Positions 1-8,907 of a DNA stretch of 64,000 nt are shown piece after piece. Within the stretch, counting starts at the first letter, position 1; the number at the start of each line of letters is the position of its first letter. This DNA comes from a virus (taxonomy: Duplodnaviria; Caudoviricetes), in IMG/VR virus record IMGVR_UViG_3300046318_000439, positions 96,001 to 160,000 of that record; one strand, written 5' to 3'. Below the pieces are notes generated by a model. The model searched no databases. It was not told the DNA's origin and saw only the letters and a list, made by a program, of their open reading frames with translations. A program made the position numbers and the translations under genes.

Positions 1-94
1 ACCTCGGAAGATCTCTTCCATCATGGCTACTCGTTCTTCTAATTCCTTCACCTGACCTGGGTATGCTTCAACTGCATTATTCATTTAATCTCCA

Positions 95-904
95 TTATCT
101 CTTTGCCATAACAACATTACACTGCCTAACAGCAGTCACAACTAATCTATCCATTGACTCTATCATACTATCTTCTAACAATAAGTCAACATCTCGCTGT
201 ACTTTAGTAGAGCCATCAATAACTATTTGATTATTAATGAACTTTGTCATGTCGTGACTGAACGCAACGCATTTATTCAATACAATATTGTTATCTTGAT
301 CGAATACTTCTACCTTCACCGCAACATCAGAGAATGTGTTATTCAACATCGCGTAACGCTTATAGTCAGCAGTCCATACATCATAGGTCTTTGGAATCCA
401 GCCACCAACACGAACAGCTAACCTATACCCATGCTTACGTTCGTGATAAAGAACACCTTCATTAGTCTTCACCAATGCTTCACCCAACGCTTGCAAGTAC
501 TCAGGATTCCATTTAATCACAACAGGTATAGTCATAACAACAGCACGACTGCTATCAATGGTAATGTTGTTTGTCTGTATAGTGAACGCTCTTAAAGGAT
601 AGTCATTCAATACAGCCTTGAGAACTTTATCACCATTAACTGTTTGATTATTAACGGAATCTAGTCTAGCCTTGATGTTCTTGCCATCAATCCTACTCTT
701 ATCCGTAGAATGATTGACTAGGCGCTGAGCAATCTTAGACTGCTTCACCCATACATCAATCACAAGAACAACATCACTACCAATCGTCTCTTTAGACTTC
801 ACTTCATACTTAGAAACATAACCACTGCTATACTGAATGATTTCATTTCTAACTACTTGATTATCAACGACTTCTCGTTCGGAAAGAATTATCTGACCAA
901 CCAC
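95..904 (-). CDS. Hypothetical protein, apparently 5'-truncated at the junction near 899-909
   Basis: The 269-aa ORF starts abruptly at VVGQIILSERE with no RBS; the upstream sequence belongs to a different gene. Confidence 0.6.
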   Translation of the reverse strand: MVGQIILSEREVVDNQVVRNEIIQYSSGYVSKYEVKSKETIGSDVVLVIDVWVKQSKIAQRLVNHSTDKSRIDGKNIKARLDSVNNQTVNGDKVLKAVLNDYPLRAFTIQTNNITIDSSRAVVMTIPVVIKWNPEYLQALGEALVKTNEGVLYHERKHGYRLAVRVGGWIPKTYDVWTADYKRYAMLNNTFSDVAVKVEVFDQDNNIVLNKCVAFSHDMTKFINNQIVIDGSTKVQRDVDLLLEDSMIESMDRLVVTAVRQCNVVMAKR

Positions 905-1223
905 CCCACTCTAATCTAGGATCTTGTTTAACAAGTTGTTTCCATCTGTCATCGGGAACATCAAGGGATGTAGCATGTTGCAGATTATTTTTTACAATTC
1001 TGTGCCACCGTTTTTTTCCTGATGTATTTCCAATACTAGGAAAATTGCCCATATACCCAGTATCGATATAATAGAAATCTCTATTAATTTTTTGACATTC
1101 GACTATTTCACTTTTACTGGTGACTCCTCGCACAACCATAGGCTTGGAAATTTCATGCATATTTGTTGTGCAAATATTATTTGAACCTTGCACCAATGAA
1201 TCTTCTAAACCGATTTCTTTCAT
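864..1223 (-). pseudogene. N-terminal part of a capsule-type glycosyltransferase-like protein, cut at about 905
   Basis: ATG at 1223 overlaps the upstream stop (ATGA); motifs RDFYYIDTGY and WHRIVKNNLQH; runs into the unrelated gene after RLEWGGW. Confidence 0.5.
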
Positions 1224-1660
1224 AACTGTAATAATTCTTTTGCCTTGCCGTTTTTTAATTCCGAATTGTGGAACTGACCATATGCTAAGTGGCAACCCCA
1301 TGCATATAATTTATCTTGATCTGCGTAGTAAGGGGTTTCTATTTGACTCAAATCTTGTCGCGCTACCGGACTTGCTGCATTTGTTGGAGCAGTAGTAAAT
1401 GCTGGAATACCGTGAAATATTGATTCAATTGCTGCAACGCTGTTAAATGTTACTAAAGCAAATACATCATTATCTAGTGCTTGTTGTAATGTATCATTGA
1501 CTATTCGGTCAATTCTTTTTGATGCTCGTTCTCGAATTTCTATTGGGCGATCTGAATATTGTTTAATAGTATTAATAGTTTGATTAATCCAATCATCTTT
1601 AGTAATGCCATAAAATCTGCAAGGTTTATCATCAGGAGCGGCCATTAAAATTTTACCCAT
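1220..1660 (-). pseudogene. C-terminal part of a capsule-type glycosyltransferase-like protein
   Basis: Motifs ALVTFNSVAAIESIFHGIP and LAYGQF; the N-terminal half is missing and the ORF begins MGK-ILMAAP. Confidence 0.5.
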
Positions 1661-2129
1661 TTTGTTCTCCTTTGAAGAATTCTTCTATTGGTAGATTGTA
1701 TTTAATACTATCCACCTTGTGTACCCCTATCAAATAGAGTACATAACTTGCTACGCTTGATCCGCGACCTACACCCCAAACTACATTATTTTCTCTAAGA
1801 GTATCAACAATATATTTCATAGCATGTAATACTTCATACATATTGTTTTTGATAAACAATTCAAGTTCTAAACTTACGCGATCGGTTTGCTCTTGAGTTG
1901 TGCATTGTCCGTATAAAAACTCTACAAGATTCGGACAATAGTCTTTAGGAATAAACCAATGTGTTGAATCTATTGCTTTTGGAGGAATTGGATAATTTAA
2001 TCGTTCTTGATTGATACGATTGACATATTGAGTTAACTCATCTGAGGTTTCACATTGTTCCAAAATATCTGGACCATGTTTAAGCACCCCTTCTATAAGT
2101 TGTTGTTCAGTATTGTTTTTAGTCCACAT
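1653..2129 (-). CDS. Stand-alone DNA polymerase III alpha (DnaE) middle-domain fragment
   Basis: WGVGRGSSVASYVLYLIGVHKVDSIKYNL matches the DnaE GxGRGS motif. Confidence 0.75.
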   Translation of the reverse strand: MWTKNNTEQQLIEGVLKHGPDILEQCETSDELTQYVNRINQERLNYPIPPKAIDSTHWFIPKDYCPNLVEFLYGQCTTQEQTDRVSLELELFIKNNMYEVLHAMKYIVDTLRENNVVWGVGRGSSVASYVLYLIGVHKVDSIKYNLPIEEFFKGEQNG

Positions 2130-2349
2130 TAATCAATTGATCCAAGTCACCGTCATTCTGTTGAGATTTACGAGCATATCGTTTACTTAACTCTTCTCTA
2201 TATATTGTAATGAAAGTTGACAGTTGTGTCAAGAGATCTTTGCTGCCCAATCGAGCAGCAGCATAGTATTTTTTGTTCAATTCAATCAGTTTCTGTTCAA
2301 CTTCGTTATCTTTAAGAACAGATAAATCAGTTTCAAGAGGATGAAACAT
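2119..2349 (-). CDS. Hypothetical protein
   Basis: 76-aa ORF coupled to the DnaE fragment. Confidence 0.6.
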   Translation of the reverse strand: MFHPLETDLSVLKDNEVEQKLIELNKKYYAAARLGSKDLLTQLSTFITIYREELSKRYARKSQQNDGDLDQLINVD

Positions 2350-2434
2350 TAACTAAATTCACCTACATAATTTAAAAATATGTTGGTTGAATTGTGTTGC
2401 CACACTTCAACAATAACAGGATTAGTTGGAGATG

Positions 2435-2677
2435 TTACAACAATTGTCGGATTTTCTGAAGAACCGCCCCACGCCAGACTTCAGCATATCCAAATGCTTC
2501 AATCTTTTCTACTTCACCACCGAACGTGTAAGTAACACGAACACCTTCTCTCTTAAAGTCAGTAGAGAGGCGTTGCTCTTTAACAGGAGTGATGTCTCCA
2601 GGATGTATTCCTACTTGCTTTGTTGAAGAACAACCAACAAGAGCTAGTACACATAATGAAACAATAGTCTTCTTCAT
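2435..2677 (-). pseudogene. Lipoprotein interrupted at about 2462-2472
   Basis: Signal peptide and lipobox (LALVGC); after EVWRG the sequence switches to the tail of another gene (GGSSENPTIVVTSPTNPVIVEVWQ...GEFS* in another frame). Confidence 0.55.
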
Positions 2678-2802
2678 TTAGACATCTCCACAGATTGCGT
2701 TTTAATCTTCTCAACGCCATGATCAAGAATTCTAGCAACACCACTAAACCCTACTGTAGCAATCACTAGACCAAAAATGGTACCTAATACAAAGTTTCTC
2801 AT
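2674..2802 (-). CDS. Small membrane protein (42 aa)
   Basis: MRNFVLGTIFGLVIATVGF...; ATGA overlap with the lipoprotein gene; directly downstream of a sigma70 promoter. Confidence 0.55.
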   Translation of the reverse strand: MRNFVLGTIFGLVIATVGFSGVARILDHGVEKIKTQSVEMSK

Positions 2803-2832
2803 AATATAAACCTTCTCAATTAATACATGATT

Positions 2833-2861
2833 ATTATCCCATTTTGTGAGGAAAATGTCAA
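2833..2861 (-). promoter_or_regulatory. Sigma70-type early promoter
   Basis: TTGACA-17-GATAAT; very similar to the promoter at 12067-12095. Confidence 0.7.
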
Positions 2862-4107
2862 CTAGTCTTGATTCAGGTATTTGCGGTATGGTCTAGCATC
2901 AAAAAGGACACCATGGTCCTTATCAAAAACCACATCTACAACATCATAATAACCATAAGGCGTTAACACCTTGATTGGTAAGGAGAAATTTCCTTTCTTG
3001 AGCTGACCTGCATCATTGCTGGACATTGCATTCTGCTGCCAAAGGTCAAGAGCCTTTTTTATGATATCATATGCGTCATTCATTCTACTATGATCCTTAT
3101 GCCTTCACATGTGTAATATTCTTCCATTCTTTCACGATCCACCACCTTCGCGTAGTGTCCCTCCTCCAAGAACCGGTCAAACTCTATAGAGCTTAATAAG
3201 AAGTAATCAACAGGCCTATCGCCACCGAGGATATAATCCATTTGCTCAGTAATCGTACGTTCTCTATAAATTGCTTTCATTGCTTATCCTTGAACTTTTT
3301 TATTTCGAAGTTGAAATCGCGTTCCGTTGATATTAAACGATTTTCCAAATTCTGGATTCTACTAGATATCTTTGTAACTTTCAAGGATAATAGTATTATA
3401 GCTATAATAAGCAGGGAAACGGTTAGACCAAGGCCTGCCACTAGTCCAGTTATCCAACCCCATACCTCATTCAGTTCAGTTAAAATAGTATGAATCATTA
3501 TTTGGAACGACTATAAGATATACTACCAAATAAAATCAACGCGGCTAACCAAGTAGTAAACGTGAGAGGAATGTTAGCTATTGGGAATAGTACATTGATT
3601 GACCATATCACTGCAATTGGCATACATGCGATTAAAATAATTGCGATTACCAAGAGAATTACATTTCTAACAAGTGATCCCATTACTTACTCCCTTTGAT
3701 GTTGAAGAATTCTTCTACTGCTTTAGCTACTTGATCAATCACGCAAGCAGCAATCTGATGATCCCAAGTTGTAATCGCACATGCATTACCATTCTGATCC
3801 CTGATCACCTTTAAGCATTCTAAAATTGTTATTTCTCTTTCTGTCATATTTTTTCCTAGTGCATTGAATAATTGGTAAACCGCTCTCCATGTTCAGTCTT
3901 ACCTGTTATAGTAGTTAGTAGCTGTATAAAGTCTCTTTCGCTTCCAGCTTCTCTATTTGCACAAATAAGTCTTGCATTTACTACCGCGGATAGGGATAAT
4001 GGGGATAGTTTATATTTGAGAGCAAGTATTGCTAGTACTTCATCAACCTCTGCTGACAATTCTTTAATTTCCACATCTTTCAACATGTTAAGCTCCTTTT
4101 TCGTCAA
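2862..4107 (-). other. Run of small early hypothetical ORFs (2862-3083, 3080-3280, 3277-3498, 3498-3683, 3856-4107); two are membrane proteins
   Basis: Tightly overlapping minus-strand ORFs downstream of the promoter at 4107-4135. Confidence 0.6.
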
Positions 4108-4135
4108 TTTTACATTAAAAATAACATTTAGTCAA
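4107..4135 (-). promoter_or_regulatory. Sigma70-type early promoter
   Basis: TTGACT-17-TAAAAT. Confidence 0.6.
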
Positions 4136-4138
4136 CAT

Positions 4139-4146
4139 CATAAATA
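4139..4146 (+). promoter_or_regulatory. T4-type late promoter
   Basis: CATAAATA (T4 consensus TATAAATA) 27 nt before the ATG at 4173. Confidence 0.55.
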
Positions 4147-4172
4147 GTTAAAACATACTTAACGAGTACATA

Positions 4173-5054
4173 ATGAATAGTCTGCAAGAAAAGAAAATTC
4201 TCGTCCACATGAAGCAACGCTTAGGCGAAGAGGTACCACAATCTTTGTTGAATGAGATTAATGAGGAAGAAGCAGCAATTGTTGCTGCAGAGCAAAAACA
4301 GCTAGCACTCCAAGAAGAACGCAAAAGCGCGTTCAAAGGTATCTTTGCAGACCTATCATTACAACTTGGTCAGCTGATGGCTGAGGAGAAGAAAAAGACA
4401 GAAGAAGAACAAGCTCTATTAGATCGCTTCGCTAATGTTTTAGAACATGTCGATCAAATCAAATCTCAAATAGCAGAACGTAAGGAACAAACGACAGAAG
4501 AGTTTATCGAGGATATTATTCCACAAGAGATATTAGAAACTACTTCTATTGTTCTTGCTCCAGAAGAACCACCAAAGCGACCTCCAATCAAAGATCCTAT
4601 CAAAGATGTTGTAGATAAGATAAAGGCAACTAAACCCTCTTCAATGTTTATTCAGCCAGATCCGGTACCAGTGAGCAGAGATATCAAAGATATCCAAAGC
4701 AAGCTAAAGATGTTAGAGGGATGGGTTAGCAAGATATCAATGACTGGTCCTGGGGGTGGTGCTGGTAGCGTCGATCAACTCGATCACAGAACGCACGTAG
4801 TGGTTAGCGATAGTTATAATATTAGCAGGCATGACTATTACGTCGGAATTGATTATCCTGGAAATGTTGCTGTGTACTTGCCTACAACTGTATCAAATGG
4901 CCGAGTGCTCGTAATCAAAGATGAATCAGGCAGTGCCGCTCATTATCCTATTACAGTGGTTGGAAGAGTAGACAATGACCCAGATGGTTTTATTTTAAAA
5001 ATTAACAATGGAGCCGTGCAACTCATATACAGTAACGGCTGGAGAATAATATGA
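4173..5054 (+). CDS. Putative virion protein (N-terminal coiled coil, C-terminal beta-rich domain)
   Basis: Late promoter upstream; C-terminal GRVLVIKDESG...GAVQLIY resembles phage fibre/collar modules. Confidence 0.45.
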   Translation: MNSLQEKKILVHMKQRLGEEVPQSLLNEINEEEAAIVAAEQKQLALQEERKSAFKGIFADLSLQLGQLMAEEKKKTEEEQALLDRFANVLEHVDQIKSQIAERKEQTTEEFIEDIIPQEILETTSIVLAPEEPPKRPPIKDPIKDVVDKIKATKPSSMFIQPDPVPVSRDIKDIQSKLKMLEGWVSKISMTGPGGGAGSVDQLDHRTHVVVSDSYNISRHDYYVGIDYPGNVAVYLPTTVSNGRVLVIKDESGSAAHYPITVVGRVDNDPDGFILKINNGAVQLIYSNGWRII

Positions 5055-6286
5055 CATTTTTATTTAAAGAACCAAACGTCGATGCGTTTGGCAGACAAAT
5101 GGTTACTGTCCCATTTACACTTGGCGACTATAAACATCTATATGGTATTGATCCTAACTTCCTGGAGTATATTACTAATGGAGCGACGGTAGCATATCAA
5201 AGTAATAAAGCATGCGCACGTCTGACAACATCAAGCAACTCGGCAAGTCGCATCGTGCATCAGTCGAAGTTCTATCATCACTATATGCCTGGTAAGAGTC
5301 AGTTGATACTATCCAGCTTTAATTTTTACACAGCTGTTCCTAACGTAACCAAGCGAACAGGATACTTCGATGACAACAACGGCATATACTTTGAACAAAC
5401 AGGCGATGGTACGTTGAGCTTTGTTATCCGTAGCTACGTCAGTGGAAGTGTAGTAGAGACAAGAGTTCCGCAGTCTAGCTGGAATAGAAATAAGTGTAAT
5501 GGTGTTGGTCCAAACGCGTGGACAATTGATATCACGAAGACTCAATTAATATTCATTGATTTTCAGTGGCTAGGCGTTGGTCGTGTAAGAGTTGGTTTTG
5601 TCCATGATGGTGAGTATATTGTTGCTCATGTGTTTGATCATAGCAACGCGTTACCTACCGTTTATATGAGTACACCAAACTTACCAGTGCGTTGTGAAGT
5701 TGTCAATGTGGGAACAACGACTGGTGGATTTATCGATCAAATTTGTAGTACGGTAGTATCGGAAGGTGGCTATGTTGAAGCTGGTTCCGATTGGGCAGTC
5801 GCATCTCCCACACTAAGAACGCTTGCTGCCGGTGCCACATTGCCAATATTGGCAATACGTTTAAAGAATGCATATAAAACATATCCTAACCGAATGATTG
5901 CTAAGATGGGGCAAGTCAATATTTTATCTACAGGCGCTAACATTAAGTACCGTCTAATCAAATTACCAAATATATCACAATTAACTGTTGGTGGTAGTTG
6001 GGTGTCTGTCGATGATGATAGCGGTGTAGAATATATGGCTGGTGCAACTGCATTTACTGATGGGGATGAACATCTTAGTGGGTTTGTTGCTGCTAGCAGT
6101 CAAAACTTAATACAAACGCAAGGTGGTGCGCCTACGCCTAGTACACCATCATCAGCCAAGAAAAATTACATTGTTCAAAACTATGATAGTACAGATTCGG
6201 AAATATATGTACTGGTAGCAACTAATATACATGCCACCGATTCTACTACTGTTGGCGTATCAATGCAATGGCGTGAAATATATTAA
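5051..6286 (+). CDS. Putative virion structural protein (beta-sandwich/lectin-like)
   Basis: 411 aa, beta-rich, DAFGRQ start and DFQWLGVGRVRVGF motif; ATGA overlap with the upstream gene. Confidence 0.5.
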   Translation: MTFLFKEPNVDAFGRQMVTVPFTLGDYKHLYGIDPNFLEYITNGATVAYQSNKACARLTTSSNSASRIVHQSKFYHHYMPGKSQLILSSFNFYTAVPNVTKRTGYFDDNNGIYFEQTGDGTLSFVIRSYVSGSVVETRVPQSSWNRNKCNGVGPNAWTIDITKTQLIFIDFQWLGVGRVRVGFVHDGEYIVAHVFDHSNALPTVYMSTPNLPVRCEVVNVGTTTGGFIDQICSTVVSEGGYVEAGSDWAVASPTLRTLAAGATLPILAIRLKNAYKTYPNRMIAKMGQVNILSTGANIKYRLIKLPNISQLTVGGSWVSVDDDSGVEYMAGATAFTDGDEHLSGFVAASSQNLIQTQGGAPTPSTPSSAKKNYIVQNYDSTDSEIYVLVATNIHATDSTTVGVSMQWREIY

Positions 6287-6299
6287 ATAGGAATAAATA

Positions 6300-6405
6300 T
6301 ACAGATATCACACAAATACACACCTTAGGACCGTTATCTTACAAGTGTGTAAAAAGGAGGCCCCTGCCTACTACATCGCTTATGCGAGGACACAAGTGGG
6401 GAACT
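6300..6405 (+). ncRNA. Candidate structured RNA
   Basis: Hairpins ACACAC/GTGTGT, AGG/CCT and TCGC/GCGA plus CCCC/GGGG pseudoknot pairing; lies between late-promoter boxes at 6292-6299 and 6414-6421. Confidence 0.45.
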
Positions 6406-6413
6406 AATAAACT

Positions 6414-6421
6414 TATAAATA
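6414..6421 (+). promoter_or_regulatory. T4 late promoter
   Basis: Exact TATAAATA abutting the ATG. Confidence 0.7.
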
Positions 6422-7506
6422 TGACCATGGACATCGAAACTAGACGTAAAATCTCTCGCTCAATGAAGGGCAAATCAAACTTTGAAGGTAAGAGACATTC
6501 TCACGCCACAAAGCTTCAGATCGGTTTCTCTCAAGAGGGGCACCGTAATGTTAAGGACCACAAGTGGGTTACTGACAAAGAAACAGGCGAGGAAAGCCGC
6601 GTAAAAGGCAATAAACCAAAAGGTACTCGTTGGGGCCGTAGTAGAAGGTCATTCAACGAGATGGTAAACGATCCATGTTGGAAAACACATAAGATGGTTG
6701 GGATGAAGAAAAAGAACGGTAAAATGGTACCAAATTGCGTACCGGAAAGCACACAAATGGCAGAACAAGATAACAAGAAATGGAAAACAAAAACTCCTTG
6801 GATGAAATCTAAAGAGGCTGTTACAGATAAATCTGGTGCTGTTCACACTCCAATGTCTCGTGCCCGTAACTTAGCTCGCATGGCTCTCAAATCAAAGAAA
6901 CAAAGAGAAGAAGTAAAAGAAGCGTCAATTTTTTCTTCTTCTATGGCTGGTCGTGGTCAGACTGGTATGGTAGGAAAGAAACCTAATGCTTCAGATATGC
7001 CTTCTTATGGAACATACAATGTCACTGTCAAACATGAAGGTGGCGAAAAGACATATAAGCTAAAGGCAATGAAGGATCATAAGCATGCCGTTAACGTAGC
7101 TTCTAAACTACACGCTAAAGACAATCCTGGCCAGAAGATCAAAGATGTATCACACATTAAAGAAGATACAGCCGTAAACGAAGTATCTAAGCAATTGATG
7201 GGCCGCTACATTGAAAAGGCTGCTACATCTATGTCAACAGCTGCATTCGGACAAGGTCAAGCATCTGCATCACGCCGTCCTCCATCAGAGAAAGATCAGA
7301 AGACAGGTTCGAAGCGTATGGCTGGCATTGCTAGAGCAACATCAAAACTTACTAAAGAAGAAACTTTAGAAGAAGCAAAGGCAACATATTGCGGTCGTTG
7401 TGGTACAACTCACGTTGCTCCTAAGTTTGGCGGCAAGTGTCCTGCTCTTAAAGAAAGCATGAGTCCAGTGACAAAGCGCGTATGTGCTCTTCTATCTAAA
7501 AAATAA
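6421..7506 (+). CDS. Modular basic protein: NUMOD3-like N-terminus plus Glu-bounded modules (putative internal head polyprotein)
   Basis: ETRRKISRSMKGKSNFEGKRH; CWKTHKMVGMKKKNGKMVPNCVPE; repeated xxE/EE junctions. Confidence 0.5.
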   Translation: MTMDIETRRKISRSMKGKSNFEGKRHSHATKLQIGFSQEGHRNVKDHKWVTDKETGEESRVKGNKPKGTRWGRSRRSFNEMVNDPCWKTHKMVGMKKKNGKMVPNCVPESTQMAEQDNKKWKTKTPWMKSKEAVTDKSGAVHTPMSRARNLARMALKSKKQREEVKEASIFSSSMAGRGQTGMVGKKPNASDMPSYGTYNVTVKHEGGEKTYKLKAMKDHKHAVNVASKLHAKDNPGQKIKDVSHIKEDTAVNEVSKQLMGRYIEKAATSMSTAAFGQGQASASRRPPSEKDQKTGSKRMAGIARATSKLTKEETLEEAKATYCGRCGTTHVAPKFGGKCPALKESMSPVTKRVCALLSKK

Positions 7507-7512
7507 AGAGTA

Positions 7513-8043
7513 ATGTATAGGATATTTCTACAATCTAAGAAACTCATTGTAGTTGAAGCAACAGAAAAAGAGTTTAGACAGAAGTATCCTGGCTCATACG
7601 AACTTATCCAATCAATCGCTGAGTACGACAACCTTGATAAGGTGATCGAGCGTTTAAAGAAGGATTATCGCGTTTCAGAAGTAATCAAAGATTATGCTGA
7701 ATTGAAACGCTGGGGTTGGAAATATTTCACAGAAGAAGTAAGACGTCGATGGCTCCAAGCTAAAATAGGAAAGCCACGACCAGCTGCATCCAATGCTAAG
7801 GTTTCAGCTAAGATGAAAGGTAAGTCTAACTTCGAAGGCCGTCGTCATGCTAAGATGACTAAGATTGTAATAGCATCAAGACGATATGGCAAGGCTACCA
7901 TTAAAGGACAAAAGTGGTGCCATCATCCTGAATCAGGAAAAGAGCTACGCTGCTTCTACGAAGACCTACCAATCGGATTTGTTTGGGGTAGAAGTCCAGA
8001 AATTAGAGACTATCTAAGACCAGCTAAACGCAACAGCAATTAA
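7513..8043 (+). CDS. NUMOD3-like DNA-binding domain protein, paralogous to the N-terminus of the upstream gene
   Basis: KVSAKMKGKSNFEGRRH...KW...G.E.R...P.G..WGRS shared with 6421-7506. Confidence 0.5.
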   Translation: MYRIFLQSKKLIVVEATEKEFRQKYPGSYELIQSIAEYDNLDKVIERLKKDYRVSEVIKDYAELKRWGWKYFTEEVRRRWLQAKIGKPRPAASNAKVSAKMKGKSNFEGRRHAKMTKIVIASRRYGKATIKGQKWCHHPESGKELRCFYEDLPIGFVWGRSPEIRDYLRPAKRNSN

Positions 8044-8486
8044 TAAGGCCAAGTGCCTTTCGGGGAATCTTCTTCTTCCTCTTCTTCTATTTCTTCGAGA
8101 AGCTCAATTTCTAATGGACCGATGAAGGTAGTTTCTGTGTCCCATTGACTCCAATCAAGTTCCTCAATGCCCTCATATCCATTTTCGTCCCACGCAGCTT
8201 CAAACTGCTCTTTCTCTTCATCGGTGACGTTATCTGAGTAATTGAACCACAACGCAACGCCGTCATCGAACCCTTGATCTTCTATTGAGTAGTCCGACAC
8301 TAAAAGGCCATTCGGATTTGTTGGGTCGATCTCATCCTTTTCAACACCACTTATGATAACATACCCCCAGCGCCACCACTGCTCCATTGTAACTCTTTGT
8401 GTTACGCCATTTACTACTCGTTCGAATATTTCTTCTTGACAAATAGACTTTTTATCTTGTGTTGAGATCTTATAGACGCAGCTCAT
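8040..8486 (-). CDS. Acidic hypothetical protein
   Basis: 148-aa ORF convergent with the + cassette. Confidence 0.6.
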   Translation of the reverse strand: MSCVYKISTQDKKSICQEEIFERVVNGVTQRVTMEQWWRWGYVIISGVEKDEIDPTNPNGLLVSDYSIEDQGFDDGVALWFNYSDNVTDEEKEQFEAAWDENGYEGIEELDWSQWDTETTFIGPLEIELLEEIEEEEEEDSPKGTWPY

Positions 8487-8622
8487 GTTTACTCCATATA
8501 TTCAAAGAACGTGTTACAGACTTCTCTACCTTTATTGAAACAGTAGGCAATAAAGTTCCAAAAGAACCCTAACACTAGGAAAGGAATCGCTAATGTAAAA
8601 CTAATGGCAATGGCTATATTTT

Positions 8623-8907
8623 TCATTCTTCACTTTCAATAATTAAGTTAGAGTACTTTTTAAGTTTGTTGCGTTTCTGCTCAACGAACCGCTCAATGCG
8701 AGTAAAAGAAATATGGTCATGTTGATGTAGTAGCTCAATCATACACATGAAGTCACCAATCTCTTTTTCTAGGTGAGCCATATTGTCATGAACACCAAAC
8801 CGAATACACTTACTTGCTTCTTGGATCACCTCAGCAGCTTCTTCCATAAGAACTGTTAGCAGCTCATGATCGTAGGGCATCTTAGAGATTTGTACTTCAG
8901 TTGTCAT
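8623..8907 (-). CDS. MazG-like NTP pyrophosphohydrolase
   Basis: LMEEAAEVIQ...LEKEIGD acidic motifs. Confidence 0.6.
   Translation of the reverse strand: MTTEVQISKMPYDHELLTVLMEEAAEVIQEASKCIRFGVHDNMAHLEKEIGDFMCMIELLHQHDHISFTRIERFVEQKRNKLKKYSNLIIESEE

Noticed and set aside
1653-2129. Second native replicase (DnaE) alongside gp43
   Set aside because: Only a 158-aa fragment, lying inside a junction-bounded foreign block
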